Origin: Trichormus sp. ATA11-4-KO1
GTDB taxonomy: Bacteria > Cyanobacteriota > Cyanobacteriia > Cyanobacteriales > Nostocaceae
NCBI GenBank assembly: GCA_019358915.1
Contig: JAHHIM010000065.1
Span: 32,001-96,000 of the forward strand
DNA: 64,000 nucleotides
Direction: 5' to 3'
Position 1 is the first letter of the stretch. Each line of letters begins with the position of its first letter. The position numbers were made by a program, and so were the translations under genes. Positions 1 to 10,053 of the stretch are shown here, in pieces. The notes under the pieces are model-generated. The model saw only the letters and a program-made list of their open reading frames with translations, had not been told where the DNA came from and ran no database searches.

Positions 1-1553
1 ATCTGAATTACTCGGTCTACAATTACTGGATCATGACCTGCGGCGACGATTTGTGCTGTTGATTGGTGGTTGTGAATCAGGCGTTGCAAGATGTCGTCTA
101 AAATTTCATAGGAAGGTAGAGAATCTTGATCCACTTGACCGGGTTTGAGTTCAGCGCTGGGTGCTTTGGTGAGGATATTTTGGGGAATAATTTCGCTGTG
201 GCGATTTAACCATTCACAAAGTGAATAAACGCGGGTTTTAGGAACATCCGCAATTACTGCTAACCCACCATTCATGTCGCCGTAGAGGGTGCAGTAACCC
301 ACTGCCATTTCTGACTTGTTGCCAGTAGACAACAGCAGATAACCAAATTTGTTAGCGATCGCCATTAATAAATTACCGCGAATTCGCGACTGGATATTTT
401 CCTCAGCGATGCCAAACTCAGTACCAGCAAACAAGTCAGCCAAGGTGTGATCAAAGCCTTGCATTAATTCCCCTATCTTTAAGATAGTGGTTTGGATACC
501 CAGATTTTCGCCTAATGCCAAGGCATCGCTGACGGAATGTGACGAACTGTAGGGGGAAGGCATCAAGACACCGAGGACATTTTCTTTACCCAGTGCAGCA
601 GATGCGATCGCAGCTACTAATGCTGAATCAATGCCTCCACTTAACCCCAACACGACTTGAGAAAAATGACATTTGCGAGCATAGTCTTGGACTCCCAAAA
701 CTAAAGCTTGCCAAATTTCTTCATTTTCTGACTCATACACAGGAGCAACAGAACTTAACTGTAAATCTCGCTGTGTTTCGTCCAATTCAACTATTACCAA
801 ATCAGTTGCAAAACCACGGGCGCGACACATAATTTCACCTTGACGATTCAAGGCAAAGCTGCGACCATCAAATATTAAATCGTCATTTCCTCCTACTTGG
901 TTAGTATAAATCATCGGTTGTTGGAAACGTACCGCGCTATGCTTGAGCATTGCTTCTCGATATTGCTGTTTCCCAACACTGTAGGGTGAAGCAGACAAAT
1001 TCACAATTACATCTACACGCAATATAGCTAAGTCAGCAATCGGATTTACTGCATAACTACGTTTACCTAAAAATTCCTCATCATTCCATAAATCTTCGCA
1101 AATAGTAACACCAATATCAATATTATCTAAAGTGAAATAATTAGCTTGTAAACCTGGTTCAAAATAACGATTTTCATCAAATACATCATAAGTAGGTAAA
1201 AGCCGCTTATGAAAAACTTGCTTGACCTTACAATTTTCTAACAAAGCGATGCTATTAAATAAACTTTTACCGCCAGTAGTAGATGCTTGTAAATTCGGGG
1301 AAACAGTTCCTACCAACACAGCTAAATTGGGCGGTAATTCTTTGGCTAGCTGTTGTAATGTCATGCCCATAGCTACCACAAAACTAGGATTTAATAATAA
1401 ATCCCTTGGGGGATAGCCACACAAAGAAAGTTCTGGTGTTAACAACAAACGCGCACCTGCTGCTACTGCTTGTTGCGCTGCTTCCAGAATTTTTTGAGCA
1501 TTTGTGGGCAAGTCACCAATGGTCGGATTAAGTTGAGCGATCGCAATTTTCAT
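1..1553 (-). CDS. nadE: Glutamine-dependent NAD+ synthetase (3' end outside the window)
   Basis: Hand translation from ATG 1553: MKIAIAQLNPTIGDL...TPELSLCGYPPRDLL (nitrilase domain), YHKRLLPTYDVFDE, VTICEDLW, GLSGGIDSALV, NIQSRIRG, GNKSEMAVGYCTLYGDM; last gene of the NAD operon. Confidence 0.95.
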   Translation of the reverse strand, partial: MKIAIAQLNPTIGDLPTNAQKILEAAQQAVAAGARLLLTPELSLCGYPPRDLLLNPSFVVAMGMTLQQLAKELPPNLAVLVGTVSPNLQASTTGGKSLFNSIALLENCKVKQVFHKRLLPTYDVFDENRYFEPGLQANYFTLDNIDIGVTICEDLWNDEEFLGKRSYAVNPIADLAILRVDVIVNLSASPYSVGKQQYREAMLKHSAVRFQQPMIYTNQVGGNDDLIFDGRSFALNRQGEIMCRARGFATDLVIVELDETQRDLQLSSVAPVYESENEEIWQALVLGVQDYARKCHFSQVVLGLSGGIDSALVAAIASAALGKENVLGVLMPSPYSSSHSVSDALALGENLGIQTTILKIGELMQGFDHTLADLFAGTEFGIAEENIQSRIRGNLLMAIANKFGYLLLSTGNKSEMAVGYCTLYGDMNGGLAVIADVPKTRVYSLCEWLNRHSEIIPQNILTKAPSAELKPGQVDQDSLPSYEILDDILQRLIHNHQSTAQIVAAGHDPVIVDRVIQ

Positions 1554-1670
1554 AATTCGTAATTTTTAGTTCATAATTCGTAGTTAATCTCTATTTTATC
1601 TGAGATAATCTTTTTGTCTTGGTCTATCTACATAATTCATTTACGCTTGATTTTATATGTAATTTAACTA

Positions 1671-2417
1671 TTAAATAAAAACTAAAGGTTTATCTTTGAA
1701 GGGTGCAAAAGCCTCAGCATCAAACTTATATAAACTAGCCGGACGACCAGCCCCCCGTGATACTTTAATTCCGGTATCGCATAAAAAACCTAATTTGAGG
1801 AGACGCGCTCGAAAATTAGAATAATCGGCAAAATTTTCTCCTAAAACTGTGGTGTATAACTGATACAAATCATTCAAAGTAAACATTGGTGGTAAGACTT
1901 CAAAAGCCACGGGACTATATTCCAATTTATTTCGCAAACGCCTATGTCCATAAGCCAAAACTTCATTATGGTCAAAAGCTAATTGAGGCACTTGTTTGAC
2001 TGGATACCAAGCGATACCAGTGACTTTATCAGCAATTAATTCTGCCTCTTCAAATCTCACAAGGGCAAAATAACTAACCGATAGATAACGCACACCATAA
2101 CTATCAGTAGCTTCCCGTGGATCGCGATTGGGTCCCCCAAAGGTATATAACTGTTCTAAATAGAGATTATTCACCCTAATTTTCTCTGCCATGATGCGAT
2201 AAGCAGCATCTTCTAAAGACTCTCCTTGACGTACCAAAGTACCAGGAAGACTCCAAGAATTTAAAAATGGTTCTTGCTGTCGCATGACTAAGAGAACTAG
2301 TAGCCGATTTTGGGCTGTGTCTACCGAAAAAATTACATTATCAACACCAACCTTAAAATCGGCCAAAGGTTGTTGATTTAGCGGAGTTGGTATCTTTTTG
2401 TAGTGTCGTCCTGGCAT
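1671..2417 (-). CDS. nrtR: NrtR transcriptional regulator (Nudix + wHTH)
   Basis: WSLPGTLV..GESLEDAAYR, LEQLYTF, RDPR, LAFDH, C-terminal FTLNDLYQLY...NFR...GRPASLY; lies in the NAD operon. Confidence 0.9.
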   Translation of the reverse strand: MPGRHYKKIPTPLNQQPLADFKVGVDNVIFSVDTAQNRLLVLLVMRQQEPFLNSWSLPGTLVRQGESLEDAAYRIMAEKIRVNNLYLEQLYTFGGPNRDPREATDSYGVRYLSVSYFALVRFEEAELIADKVTGIAWYPVKQVPQLAFDHNEVLAYGHRRLRNKLEYSPVAFEVLPPMFTLNDLYQLYTTVLGENFADYSNFRARLLKLGFLCDTGIKVSRGAGRPASLYKFDAEAFAPFKDKPLVFI

Positions 2418-2980
2418 TTGTACAAATGCTCTTGATGAATATAGGCAACAATAGGGGGAGTAAGGGCTTGGGTATCTCCATGTTCACGATATGCTGTTGA
2501 GGAAACATCTATCCCCGTTAAGCTAGCGATCGCAATTTTTCCTCCCAGATTTTGCACCGCCTCCAAGCTAGGCTCATTGATGGCATATCCCGGTCGTGGT
2601 ACGATTAACAGCTGCACGTGCTGTAACAAATCTGCAACACGATACCACTGGGGCAATTGATTGAGCAAATCAGAACCAATTACCAACGTAAACTCAGTAT
2701 CCTCACCCCAACGAGATTTGGCTTTTTCCAATGTTTCCAGGGTTCTAAAGCTACTCAAATCCTGTTCCAAAGCAATATTATGCCGCGCTGCATCAATATC
2801 TGTAATCAATAATCGCAGCATAGTTGCCCGATGTGCCAAAGGCGTTTGATGAGACTTAAACGGATTATCAGCCGCCCAAACTGCCACCCAATCATAATGC
2901 TCAGATAACCACCTAAGAATCTTCTGATGTCCAGCCGTCGGCGGATCTGCACTAGTACCAAACAAAGCAACTCTCATCAT
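2378..2980 (-). CDS. nadD: Nicotinate-nucleotide adenylyltransferase
   Basis: FGTSADPPTAGH (HxGH-like), IGSD, VSST motifs; start taken at ATG 2980 or 2977. Confidence 0.92.
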   Translation of the reverse strand: MMRVALFGTSADPPTAGHQKILRWLSEHYDWVAVWAADNPFKSHQTPLAHRATMLRLLITDIDAARHNIALEQDLSSFRTLETLEKAKSRWGEDTEFTLVIGSDLLNQLPQWYRVADLLQHVQLLIVPRPGYAINEPSLEAVQNLGGKIAIASLTGIDVSSTAYREHGDTQALTPPIVAYIHQEHLYKCQDDTTKRYQLR

Positions 2981-2981
2981 C

Positions 2982-4406
2982 TTACTTCGCACCCTTTGCG
3001 TCCTTTGCGGTATGCGCTGCGCGCACGCTACGCGAACGTTCCTGAGTCTCTTCCGTCAACTTTTGCAACCCAGCAGAAATCTCCACCAACATCGTCGCAG
3101 GATGATCCAAACGCCGGATCTCCTGAGGCAAACTAGCCACCGCCGCCGCAGTCCGTTGCCGAATCTCCTGTAAACTTGCAGTTGGTTGCACCCGTTCCCC
3201 TGCCTTAACTACCAACTGCAACAAAGGCTTACCTGTAAGATTACTTTCATCTACCAATGCCAACTTGTCGGCTTGTACCTTACGCCCCACCGTAGGTGAA
3301 CGCCAAATTTGCTTGCGTCCGGGATAAGTCACTTTACCACTAGACTGTTTCATCACAGGAATTCCATCAATTTCCACAAGTTTATAGACTCCATTGACAG
3401 GCGCACCGGTAACTAGTCGCGTTCCCAATCCATAGCCATCAATTGCCGCACCCGCCGCCTTGAGTCTGGCAATTTCCCACTCATCTAAATCACCACTAGC
3501 AAAAATCGACACACCGGGAAGAAGCGATCGCACTTGTTTGGACAAAGTAATTAAATCTCCAGAATCCAACCTCACCCCAGTTAATTCCATTTCTCCAGAA
3601 TTGACTTTTGCCGCTAACTGCTGGGCAGCTGCGATCGTATCGTAAGTATCAATTAACAATGGCGCACCCGGAAAATATCGATGAAAGGCAGTAAAAGCCT
3701 GCTCTTCACTGCCTGCCATTGCTGACAGTGCCATAACTAAAGCGTGAGCCATCGTACCACTTGGCTGTTGACCCAGTTGTAACGCTGCTAACACATTTGA
3801 GGTAGAGTCCAAGCCACCAGCCAAACTGGCTCGCGCCGCCCACAAAGCAGCTTGGGGACTAAATGCTCGTCTTGTACCAAATTCCAAAAGTGTTGCTTGC
3901 TCCCCCGCAACATCGCGGAGGCGTGCAGCCCTTGTGGCAATTAAAGTTTGGTAATTAATCGTATTGAGTAAGTACGTTTCTACTAACTGTGCTTGCCAAA
4001 GTGGTGCTTCCACCCGTAACAATGGCTCATTGGCAAATACAGCTGTTCCTTCCGGTACTGCCCAAACATCACCAGTAAAACACCCCTCTTTTAACAACGA
4101 CCAAAAACTTTCGCTTGCATGAGCAAAAATTCCCGTCGCCTGTAAAGCCGCTATATGAGAGGAACTAAAGCGAAATTTTGCTAAATAATCCAGTACCTGC
4201 GCCAGCCCCATAGCTATTAAATAGCCAAAATCCTCTGGCAACCTCCTGACAAATAATTCAAAGCTAGCCCGCCGTTGTTCTACACCTTCACCTGTATAAC
4301 AAGCTGCCATTGTCAACTGGTAAAGGTCTGTTAGCAGGCTGTAATCAGCCGCAGAGAGGTTTAGTTCTTGTTTCTCTATGCTGTCCAAGTCTGGAAAAGT
4401 TGCCAT
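2982..4406 (-). CDS. pncB: Nicotinate phosphoribosyltransferase
   Basis: LLTDLYQLTM, EFGTRRA, GTMAH, LIDTYD, RLDSGD, GVYKLV motifs. Confidence 0.95.
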   Translation of the reverse strand: MATFPDLDSIEKQELNLSAADYSLLTDLYQLTMAACYTGEGVEQRRASFELFVRRLPEDFGYLIAMGLAQVLDYLAKFRFSSSHIAALQATGIFAHASESFWSLLKEGCFTGDVWAVPEGTAVFANEPLLRVEAPLWQAQLVETYLLNTINYQTLIATRAARLRDVAGEQATLLEFGTRRAFSPQAALWAARASLAGGLDSTSNVLAALQLGQQPSGTMAHALVMALSAMAGSEEQAFTAFHRYFPGAPLLIDTYDTIAAAQQLAAKVNSGEMELTGVRLDSGDLITLSKQVRSLLPGVSIFASGDLDEWEIARLKAAGAAIDGYGLGTRLVTGAPVNGVYKLVEIDGIPVMKQSSGKVTYPGRKQIWRSPTVGRKVQADKLALVDESNLTGKPLLQLVVKAGERVQPTASLQEIRQRTAAAVASLPQEIRRLDHPATMLVEISAGLQKLTEETQERSRSVRAAHTAKDAKGAK

Positions 4407-4438
4407 GCAAGAGCGTCCTTAAAAGAATGCTGCTTTTA

Positions 4439-4459
4439 TTATGGTAAAATCTACCATAA
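4439..4459. promoter_or_regulatory. Probable NrtR operator (21-bp palindrome TTATGGTA-AAATC-TACCATAA)
   Basis: Perfect 8-bp inverted arms just upstream of pncB, the first gene of the nrtR-containing operon. Confidence 0.8.
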
Positions 4460-4484
4460 ATAATGTCAACTCTCAGACAAATCA

Positions 4485-4706
4485 AGTCGTTGAACAAGAA
4501 GGAAGAAGTTTGAAGTCAGGAGGCTTGTACTGAGCGTGGCCGAAGTGAAGAAGGATGAAACAATTCGCAATAGAGCCTCCGGATGCCGCCAGGCTGTACG
4601 CAATTCGCAATTGAATAAATTTGGATGGATTCAGACCCTTGCTTCCTTTGGTCGTGAGAAGGAAGAGGATCATCCTTCTTTCGTCTTCCTTCTGATTTCG
4701 TTGACT
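4485..4706. repeat. Mosaic of short dispersed repeats/STRRs with nested inverted repeats
   Basis: gaaggaaga...tcttccttc and gaaggatga...tcatccttc inverted pairs; caattcgcaat duplicated around a GC-rich insert; a ctgagcgtggccgaagtg unit. Confidence 0.55.
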
Positions 4707-5001
4707 GCATGAATGCAGGACAAACAAACCAAATTAATCTTAAAATATGCAATTAATTAATATATTTTAATAGTTATATAGCTAATATTTCTAGCTAAAA
4801 AAACCCTTTCCTGTCTCAGATTAAGGGGGAATAGATAATTTTGTTTTAATTAAAATTAAAGATAAAAGCTAAATTTTGGCATCAGCTAAAGTATTGCAAA
4901 GATATCCGAAAATTTATTGAGAATTAAACCTAGGCGAGAATATCAGAACTAGAGTAGAGAAATCACAATTAATCACGACTCAAAACAAGGAGTCTAATAT
5001 T

Positions 5002-5154
5002 ATGGCTATTTCCAGAATGCTTGATAGCATCACCCAATATATTTCTGAGGCTGTAATGCGGATTTTTGGTCCCAGTGATGATGCTTATCCGGTGATTGGT
5101 ACACAACCATTTACAGGTGAACCCTATAAACGAGGCACTGCGGACAGTTGGTAA
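5002..5154 (+). CDS. atpT: 50-aa small protein, AtpT (AtpTheta/Norf1)-like ATP synthase inhibitor
   Basis: Not in the ORF track. AAGGAG RBS; MAISRMLDSITQYISEAVMRIFGPSDDAYPVIGTQPFTGEPYKRGTADSW; QYxSEA..RIFGPSDD.YP..G.QPF.G recalled as the AtpT motif; downstream hairpin. Confidence 0.7.
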   Translation: MAISRMLDSITQYISEAVMRIFGPSDDAYPVIGTQPFTGEPYKRGTADSW

Positions 5155-5248
5155 CCATAGCAGGGGACAGAGGACAGGGAACAGTTTAATGATTAGTTTG
5201 TGTCCTCAGCTAAGTAGCGACTACTATAAATTCCTATTTCATAATATT

Positions 5249-5275
5249 AAGGCGTGAGGATAAACCTTACGCCTT
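5249..5275. terminator. Hairpin between convergent atpT-like and LCP genes
   Basis: aaggcgtgagg-ataaa-ccttacgcctt. Confidence 0.65.
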
Positions 5276-5305
5276 TATGTTTATTCATCATGGTGTAGCT
5301 GATGC

Positions 5306-6730
5306 TTAGTAAGTCGGCTCAAAGAAAGTTCTTTTTTCCAACCAATCTTTGCCCACCTGGATACTGATATCAGAGTCCAGAATACCAGTGCTTTCCACTC
5401 GCACTTCACCAAATCCTAAGGCATCGCGAATTGATTCGGCACTATCACCATCTCCTTGCTGGGCAATAATATTAGTTACCTCTAGAGGTTGAGTCCAAGG
5501 TATGGATACGCGGATGTTGCGATATCCGAATTTTTCTAAGGTATTAATCAAAGGTCGAAGATCAGCGCGATCGCTACCTGTGCTATCTTGAATTACCACT
5601 CGCAAAGAACTTGAGTTAATCGCCCTGAATTCGCGCGTTGTTTCTAAACCAAAGTGTTGAGACATCATTCTCGCGATACCATTTTGGTTTGGTAGCCAAT
5701 AGCTAGCAATATACTCTTCCTTTTGGCTAAAGCGACCCGGTAACATGAACATATGCATATTGGCACGATTTGTCCGCACGCCAAAACCTACTAACGCTAC
5801 TAATTCTTCAACAGTTAAATTAGTGTCAATATTTTCTTTAACTACATTGAGAATTTTGGGTAGTTGAGCTACAGTTACAGGGTTAAGAGCTTGATCCATC
5901 AAAGCACGGATCACCATCTGTTGTCGTTGAATTCGACCGATGTCTCCCAGTTCATCATGGCGAAAGCGCAGGAGTTGCAAAGCTTGATCACCGTTGAGAT
6001 GCTGTTTACCTGCCTTCAAGTTGATGTATAGACGCTGGGAATCATCTTGATATTTCATATCTTTGGGGACATATACAGTCACTCCACCCAAGGCATCAAT
6101 GAGCTTACCAACTCCCAAAACGTTAATGCGGATATAGCGATCAATTCCCACGCCGCCTAAGAGGTTACTGACAGTTTTGGCAGTTAAAGCTGGCCCACCA
6201 TCAATATTGGCCGCATTAATTTTTTTTACTCCATAACCAATGACTTCTGTACGAGTATCTCTGGGAATCGAGAGCATGGCTACTCTTTTTTGCGCTGGAT
6301 CAAATTTGATCAAGAGCATCACATCAGCAAGACCGTCAAACGAGTTTACCTGTGGCTCGTAGCCCAGATTTTGGAGTTCGGTGGGGGGATTTTGGATATC
6401 TGATGGGAGGACGCTCATCCCCATAACTAAGAGATTGACGGGGCGAGTTAACTCGGAAAATCGTAACCCCCCTCCAGAGATGCGATCGCCATCAAATACC
6501 GCTTCATCTTGGGGACTTAGCTGTGCTTGCTGCAACGGCGTACTGGTCAAAGAAACCGCTAACAGCGCCCCCGCCGTTGCTGACACCATTGCTATCCCAG
6601 TCATTCCTACCCAAAACCACAGCCAACGTCCAGACTTATGGTTATGGGAATGTTTATCCTTTGAGTTGGGGGCTTTTGCTGACTGGTTTTCTTCCGCCGA
6701 AGTTCTTTGACTGGTCACAGACTTCCTCAC
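5306..6730 (-). CDS. LCP (LytR-CpsA-Psr) family protein with LytR C-terminal domain
   Basis: N-terminal TM helix, DVMLL, SIPRDT, KINAA, RFRHD..GDIGRIQRQQ; start may be GTG 6718. Confidence 0.92.
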   Translation of the reverse strand: MRKSVTSQRTSAEENQSAKAPNSKDKHSHNHKSGRWLWFWVGMTGIAMVSATAGALLAVSLTSTPLQQAQLSPQDEAVFDGDRISGGGLRFSELTRPVNLLVMGMSVLPSDIQNPPTELQNLGYEPQVNSFDGLADVMLLIKFDPAQKRVAMLSIPRDTRTEVIGYGVKKINAANIDGGPALTAKTVSNLLGGVGIDRYIRINVLGVGKLIDALGGVTVYVPKDMKYQDDSQRLYINLKAGKQHLNGDQALQLLRFRHDELGDIGRIQRQQMVIRALMDQALNPVTVAQLPKILNVVKENIDTNLTVEELVALVGFGVRTNRANMHMFMLPGRFSQKEEYIASYWLPNQNGIARMMSQHFGLETTREFRAINSSSLRVVIQDSTGSDRADLRPLINTLEKFGYRNIRVSIPWTQPLEVTNIIAQQGDGDSAESIRDALGFGEVRVESTGILDSDISIQVGKDWLEKRTFFEPTY

Positions 6731-6980
6731 ACTTACTGATCAAATTCGGTAAATTTACAGACTAAATTAATATGCAAACAAATTAACTGTGCTGACTTTT
6801 TTACTACTGCTTTAACCACACCACTTATAGCAGGATTCTCCTTCTTTATGGCAAATCCGGAGATGATTTATTGAAGTATGACAACAATAAGTCGGTTTGA
6901 CCAGATCTGGTAGGAGATAATCTGTAATTTGGGAAAATTTAGGTAAAAATACTAGTAAAGTCATCATGTACTGACAGGAA

Positions 6981-7412
6981 TTAAGACAAATACTTGCCCA
7001 ACACTTGCTCGGCCAAGTTACTTAAACCTGATAATCGGGGAGATTTCCCTTGGATAAGTCGAAAAATCAGCCAAACACTTACCAAAAAGTAGCCAGATGT
7101 TAAAAAACTGTTAAGGATTAATATCCGCAGTGTGAAAAATTCTGAAGTTGCTGCCCCAGTAGCTAACAAGAAGTATCCCAAAAGCCAGGTAAATGCCAGA
7201 GTGATAGACAGACGACTCACAGCTAGTTGTTCCCGGCTACCCTGGCGGCGATAAACAGTCCACAGGGATGGAAAAAAGCCAATAACGGGAATTAAGTATA
7301 CGAGTAACTGTCTTTTAGTGGTAGCTATGTCTTGACGAGGGATTGGTAATTGGCAAGAGTCTTTCCCACTCCCTACGGCCGATGAATTATCGATTGGTTC
7401 AAGATTGTCCAT
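6981..7412 (-). CDS. Hypothetical membrane protein
   Basis: 143-aa ORF with about 3 hydrophobic segments. Confidence 0.75.
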   Translation of the reverse strand: MDNLEPIDNSSAVGSGKDSCQLPIPRQDIATTKRQLLVYLIPVIGFFPSLWTVYRRQGSREQLAVSRLSITLAFTWLLGYFLLATGAATSEFFTLRILILNSFLTSGYFLVSVWLIFRLIQGKSPRLSGLSNLAEQVLGKYLS

Positions 7413-7519
7413 TAGGGTGAGTCTAATCCTAAACTAGAGAGATGAAATACGGTGATGTAGTTAGAGATAATAGGTTGTAACAGCAGATTTATTCAGTTCT
7501 ATCCCGCAATCGGCTAAAG

Positions 7520-8680
7520 ATGCAGACACGCAAGCTACTCAACTGGTGGCAGACACTTACACCCATAGCACGAATCGGGGCGATCGCATTATTCGCCCCA
7601 CTGTTAGTTCTCAATGGTTGGGCAATTTCGGCAATTTTTCACTATTTTCACTCCCTGATAGTCATTTTAGTCGGAGCCTCAGTACTAGCATTTCTGCTCA
7701 ACTATCCCGTTAGCTGGATGGAGCGTCAAGGCGCGAGGCGAGAACAAGTTGCCATTTTAGTATTTTTATTAGCTTTGTCGGTGCTGTTGGCGCTAGGTGT
7801 GACTTTGTTTCCGCTAGCCTTGACTCAAGCTCAACAATTGGTAGCGCGATTGCCAGAGTTGATTGATTCTGGGCGTTCTCAGTTAATGATGTTAAATGAG
7901 AAAGCCGAAACTCTCGGTTTGCCGATCAACTTAGATGCGCTTGTGGTGCAAATCAACGATCGCGTCAAGGGACAATTGCAGGCGATCGCTGGACAAGTTT
8001 TAAATCTAGCTGTGGTCACATTCACTAGCCTGTTAGATTTTCTCTTGACTATGGTTTTGACTTTCTATCTTTTGCAGCATGGCGGTGAACTCTGGCAAAG
8101 TTTAGTCGAGTGGCTACCTACCAAATTTCGTGAACCTTTCTCTAAAACAGTACGCCTCAGTTTTCAAAACTTTTTCATCACCCAACTGATTTTATCTACC
8201 TGTATGGCATCAGCCCTAATTCCCATCTTTTTATGGCTGAAAGTGCCATTTGGGCTATTATTTGGTTTGACTATTGGCATCATGGCTCTTGTCCCCTTTG
8301 GTGGTTCGGTGGGTATCGCTCTCACTACCTCGCTCGTAGCACTGCAAGATTTTTGGATGGGGATCAGGGTTTTAATCGCCGCAGTGATTGTCCAGCAAAT
8401 TTTAGAAAACTTAATTGCCCCCCGCATTTTAGGTAGCTTTACTGGATTAAACCCAGTTTGGATACTAATTTCCGTCCTCACAGGAGCAAGAATTGGTGGG
8501 CTTTTAGGCGTGATTGTAGCAGTCCCCACTGCTGTAATTATCAAGACTGCGATAACCGCCTTGCGTCCTCCTGGATTAAACAACGAAACAGAAGAAATAG
8601 CTGCACCCGTTGCACCAGAAGCATCACCAAAAGCTGAAGCCAACAATCCCCTGAGCATTTCGGAACCTACATTACCTTAG
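7520..8680 (+). CDS. AI-2E family transporter
   Basis: Polytopic; LAFLLNYPV, QQILENLIAPRILG..GLNP, GGLLGVIVAVP. Confidence 0.9.
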   Translation: MQTRKLLNWWQTLTPIARIGAIALFAPLLVLNGWAISAIFHYFHSLIVILVGASVLAFLLNYPVSWMERQGARREQVAILVFLLALSVLLALGVTLFPLALTQAQQLVARLPELIDSGRSQLMMLNEKAETLGLPINLDALVVQINDRVKGQLQAIAGQVLNLAVVTFTSLLDFLLTMVLTFYLLQHGGELWQSLVEWLPTKFREPFSKTVRLSFQNFFITQLILSTCMASALIPIFLWLKVPFGLLFGLTIGIMALVPFGGSVGIALTTSLVALQDFWMGIRVLIAAVIVQQILENLIAPRILGSFTGLNPVWILISVLTGARIGGLLGVIVAVPTAVIIKTAITALRPPGLNNETEEIAAPVAPEASPKAEANNPLSISEPTLP

Positions 8681-8724
8681 TAGGGGAATGGGGAGTGGAA
8701 AAAGATTTTTTTAGTCCAAAATTT

Positions 8725-10053
8725 CTATTGTGGCTGGGCAATTGAACCCATAAATAAAATGCTTCCTGTTTGATTATCGCGAATGGCAGAGAAAAAGGGA
8801 CGGTCAACAATCATGCGGAAAGGTTCGGGTTTTTCTCTGAAAGATGTTCGCATTATTCCTACTGATGTGGCGGCGGCGGCTTCTGTACCTTCTTCATTCA
8901 CTTCAATAAAGGTTTTGTGCTTAACCTGACTAATTTTTAAATTTTGACCCATACCGGAAAAATTGGCTTGATTGCTAAAAGCTTCTTCCATACCTAAAGC
9001 TATTAAAGCATCATTGAGTGTGACATCGTAGTCTGTTTTAAAGCGGGGTAAGCGAATAAATCCTTCCCGCCTGCTGAACTGAGATATCCATTTTTCCCAG
9101 TTCTCAGAATTCAAGTTTTGATAAAAGCTTTTGAGGTTAGATTCCTGTTTAGGCAAAAAGATATAAAAGCTGACTTTGCCATTTTCGCCGTAAGGTAAAC
9201 TTACTGCCTGAAATTGGTCATTTTCATAGTATTTGTATTCACCGTTTTGCGACATCATTGGGTGTTCTCTCGGTGCGCCAGATGAAGAGTAAAAGGGATG
9301 GTCAGCAGTTTTTGATTTATCAAACTCGTTGCTCCATTGCCCTTTAAAATATATGGCGTTAATCAGAAATAACACCTGATCAGGTTCAATTTGTTCAACT
9401 ATTTTGTTAATTTTACCCTGCGTATTTTCTTGAACCCAATTATTAATGGTATTGGGAGATGCAGCATCTTGAAAGTCTAAATTTGTAACCTTGGCTTTGT
9501 AGAAATCTTGAGTTCGTTGGAGAAATTCTGGCTGCAAGCTAGCATTTTTGTTTGCCCATAGCGAGTTGGCAATAGTCAATTGCACTTGCGGGTCAGGATT
9601 TTCTAGCAGCCCTTTTAATGTAGCGTAAGCAGAGTTGATATCTGCTAGGCTCATCCCTTGTAATTCCAGGGTTTTAGCCATTGCCTGTTGAGTCGAACCA
9701 CTCGCACCATTGTAAGCCATGCCCAGGGCGATCGCTACACTCGCAGGTGAAACAAAAATGTTGTTTTCACTCCCGTCATTTTGCAGAATTTCTGAAAACA
9801 GCTTGAAGCCAAATTTATTGTTAGCATCAACGAGTTTTGTATCAGAAATCAATGTTTTTTTTGGTAATGGAGTCGCTGATTGAGGTAGACCAGATTGGGC
9901 AAGGGCATTTGTACTGCTATTGACCTGAGAACACCCTAAGACACCCAACAAAACAACGCTAGCTGCTGCCAAAACATAACGTCTTCCCAGACTAACACCG
10001 TAACGTCTTTGCAGGAAATTGTTTTTCACACCACTCAATTTCTGCCGATTCAT
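8725..10053 (-). CDS. Serpin family protease inhibitor, probable lipoprotein
   Basis: NIFVSPAS, INAIYFKGQW, EEGTEAAAATS hinge, DRPF; VLGC lipobox-like motif. Confidence 0.93.
   Translation of the reverse strand: MNRQKLSGVKNNFLQRRYGVSLGRRYVLAAASVVLLGVLGCSQVNSSTNALAQSGLPQSATPLPKKTLISDTKLVDANNKFGFKLFSEILQNDGSENNIFVSPASVAIALGMAYNGASGSTQQAMAKTLELQGMSLADINSAYATLKGLLENPDPQVQLTIANSLWANKNASLQPEFLQRTQDFYKAKVTNLDFQDAASPNTINNWVQENTQGKINKIVEQIEPDQVLFLINAIYFKGQWSNEFDKSKTADHPFYSSSGAPREHPMMSQNGEYKYYENDQFQAVSLPYGENGKVSFYIFLPKQESNLKSFYQNLNSENWEKWISQFSRREGFIRLPRFKTDYDVTLNDALIALGMEEAFSNQANFSGMGQNLKISQVKHKTFIEVNEEGTEAAAATSVGIMRTSFREKPEPFRMIVDRPFFSAIRDNQTGSILFMGSIAQPQ

Noticed and set aside
539..1416. Plus-strand ORFs 539-832 and 1222-1416
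   Set aside because: Antisense shadows of nadE, which the ORF track missed because it runs off the window.
4482..4752. Minus-strand ORFs of 81 and 78 aa
   Set aside because: They lie over a repeat mosaic and show no protein motifs.
6856..6861. Heterocyst DIF1 motif TCCGGA upstream of the LCP gene
   Set aside because: A six-base match with only 15-nt spacing to the nearest -10-like hexamer; too weak to call.
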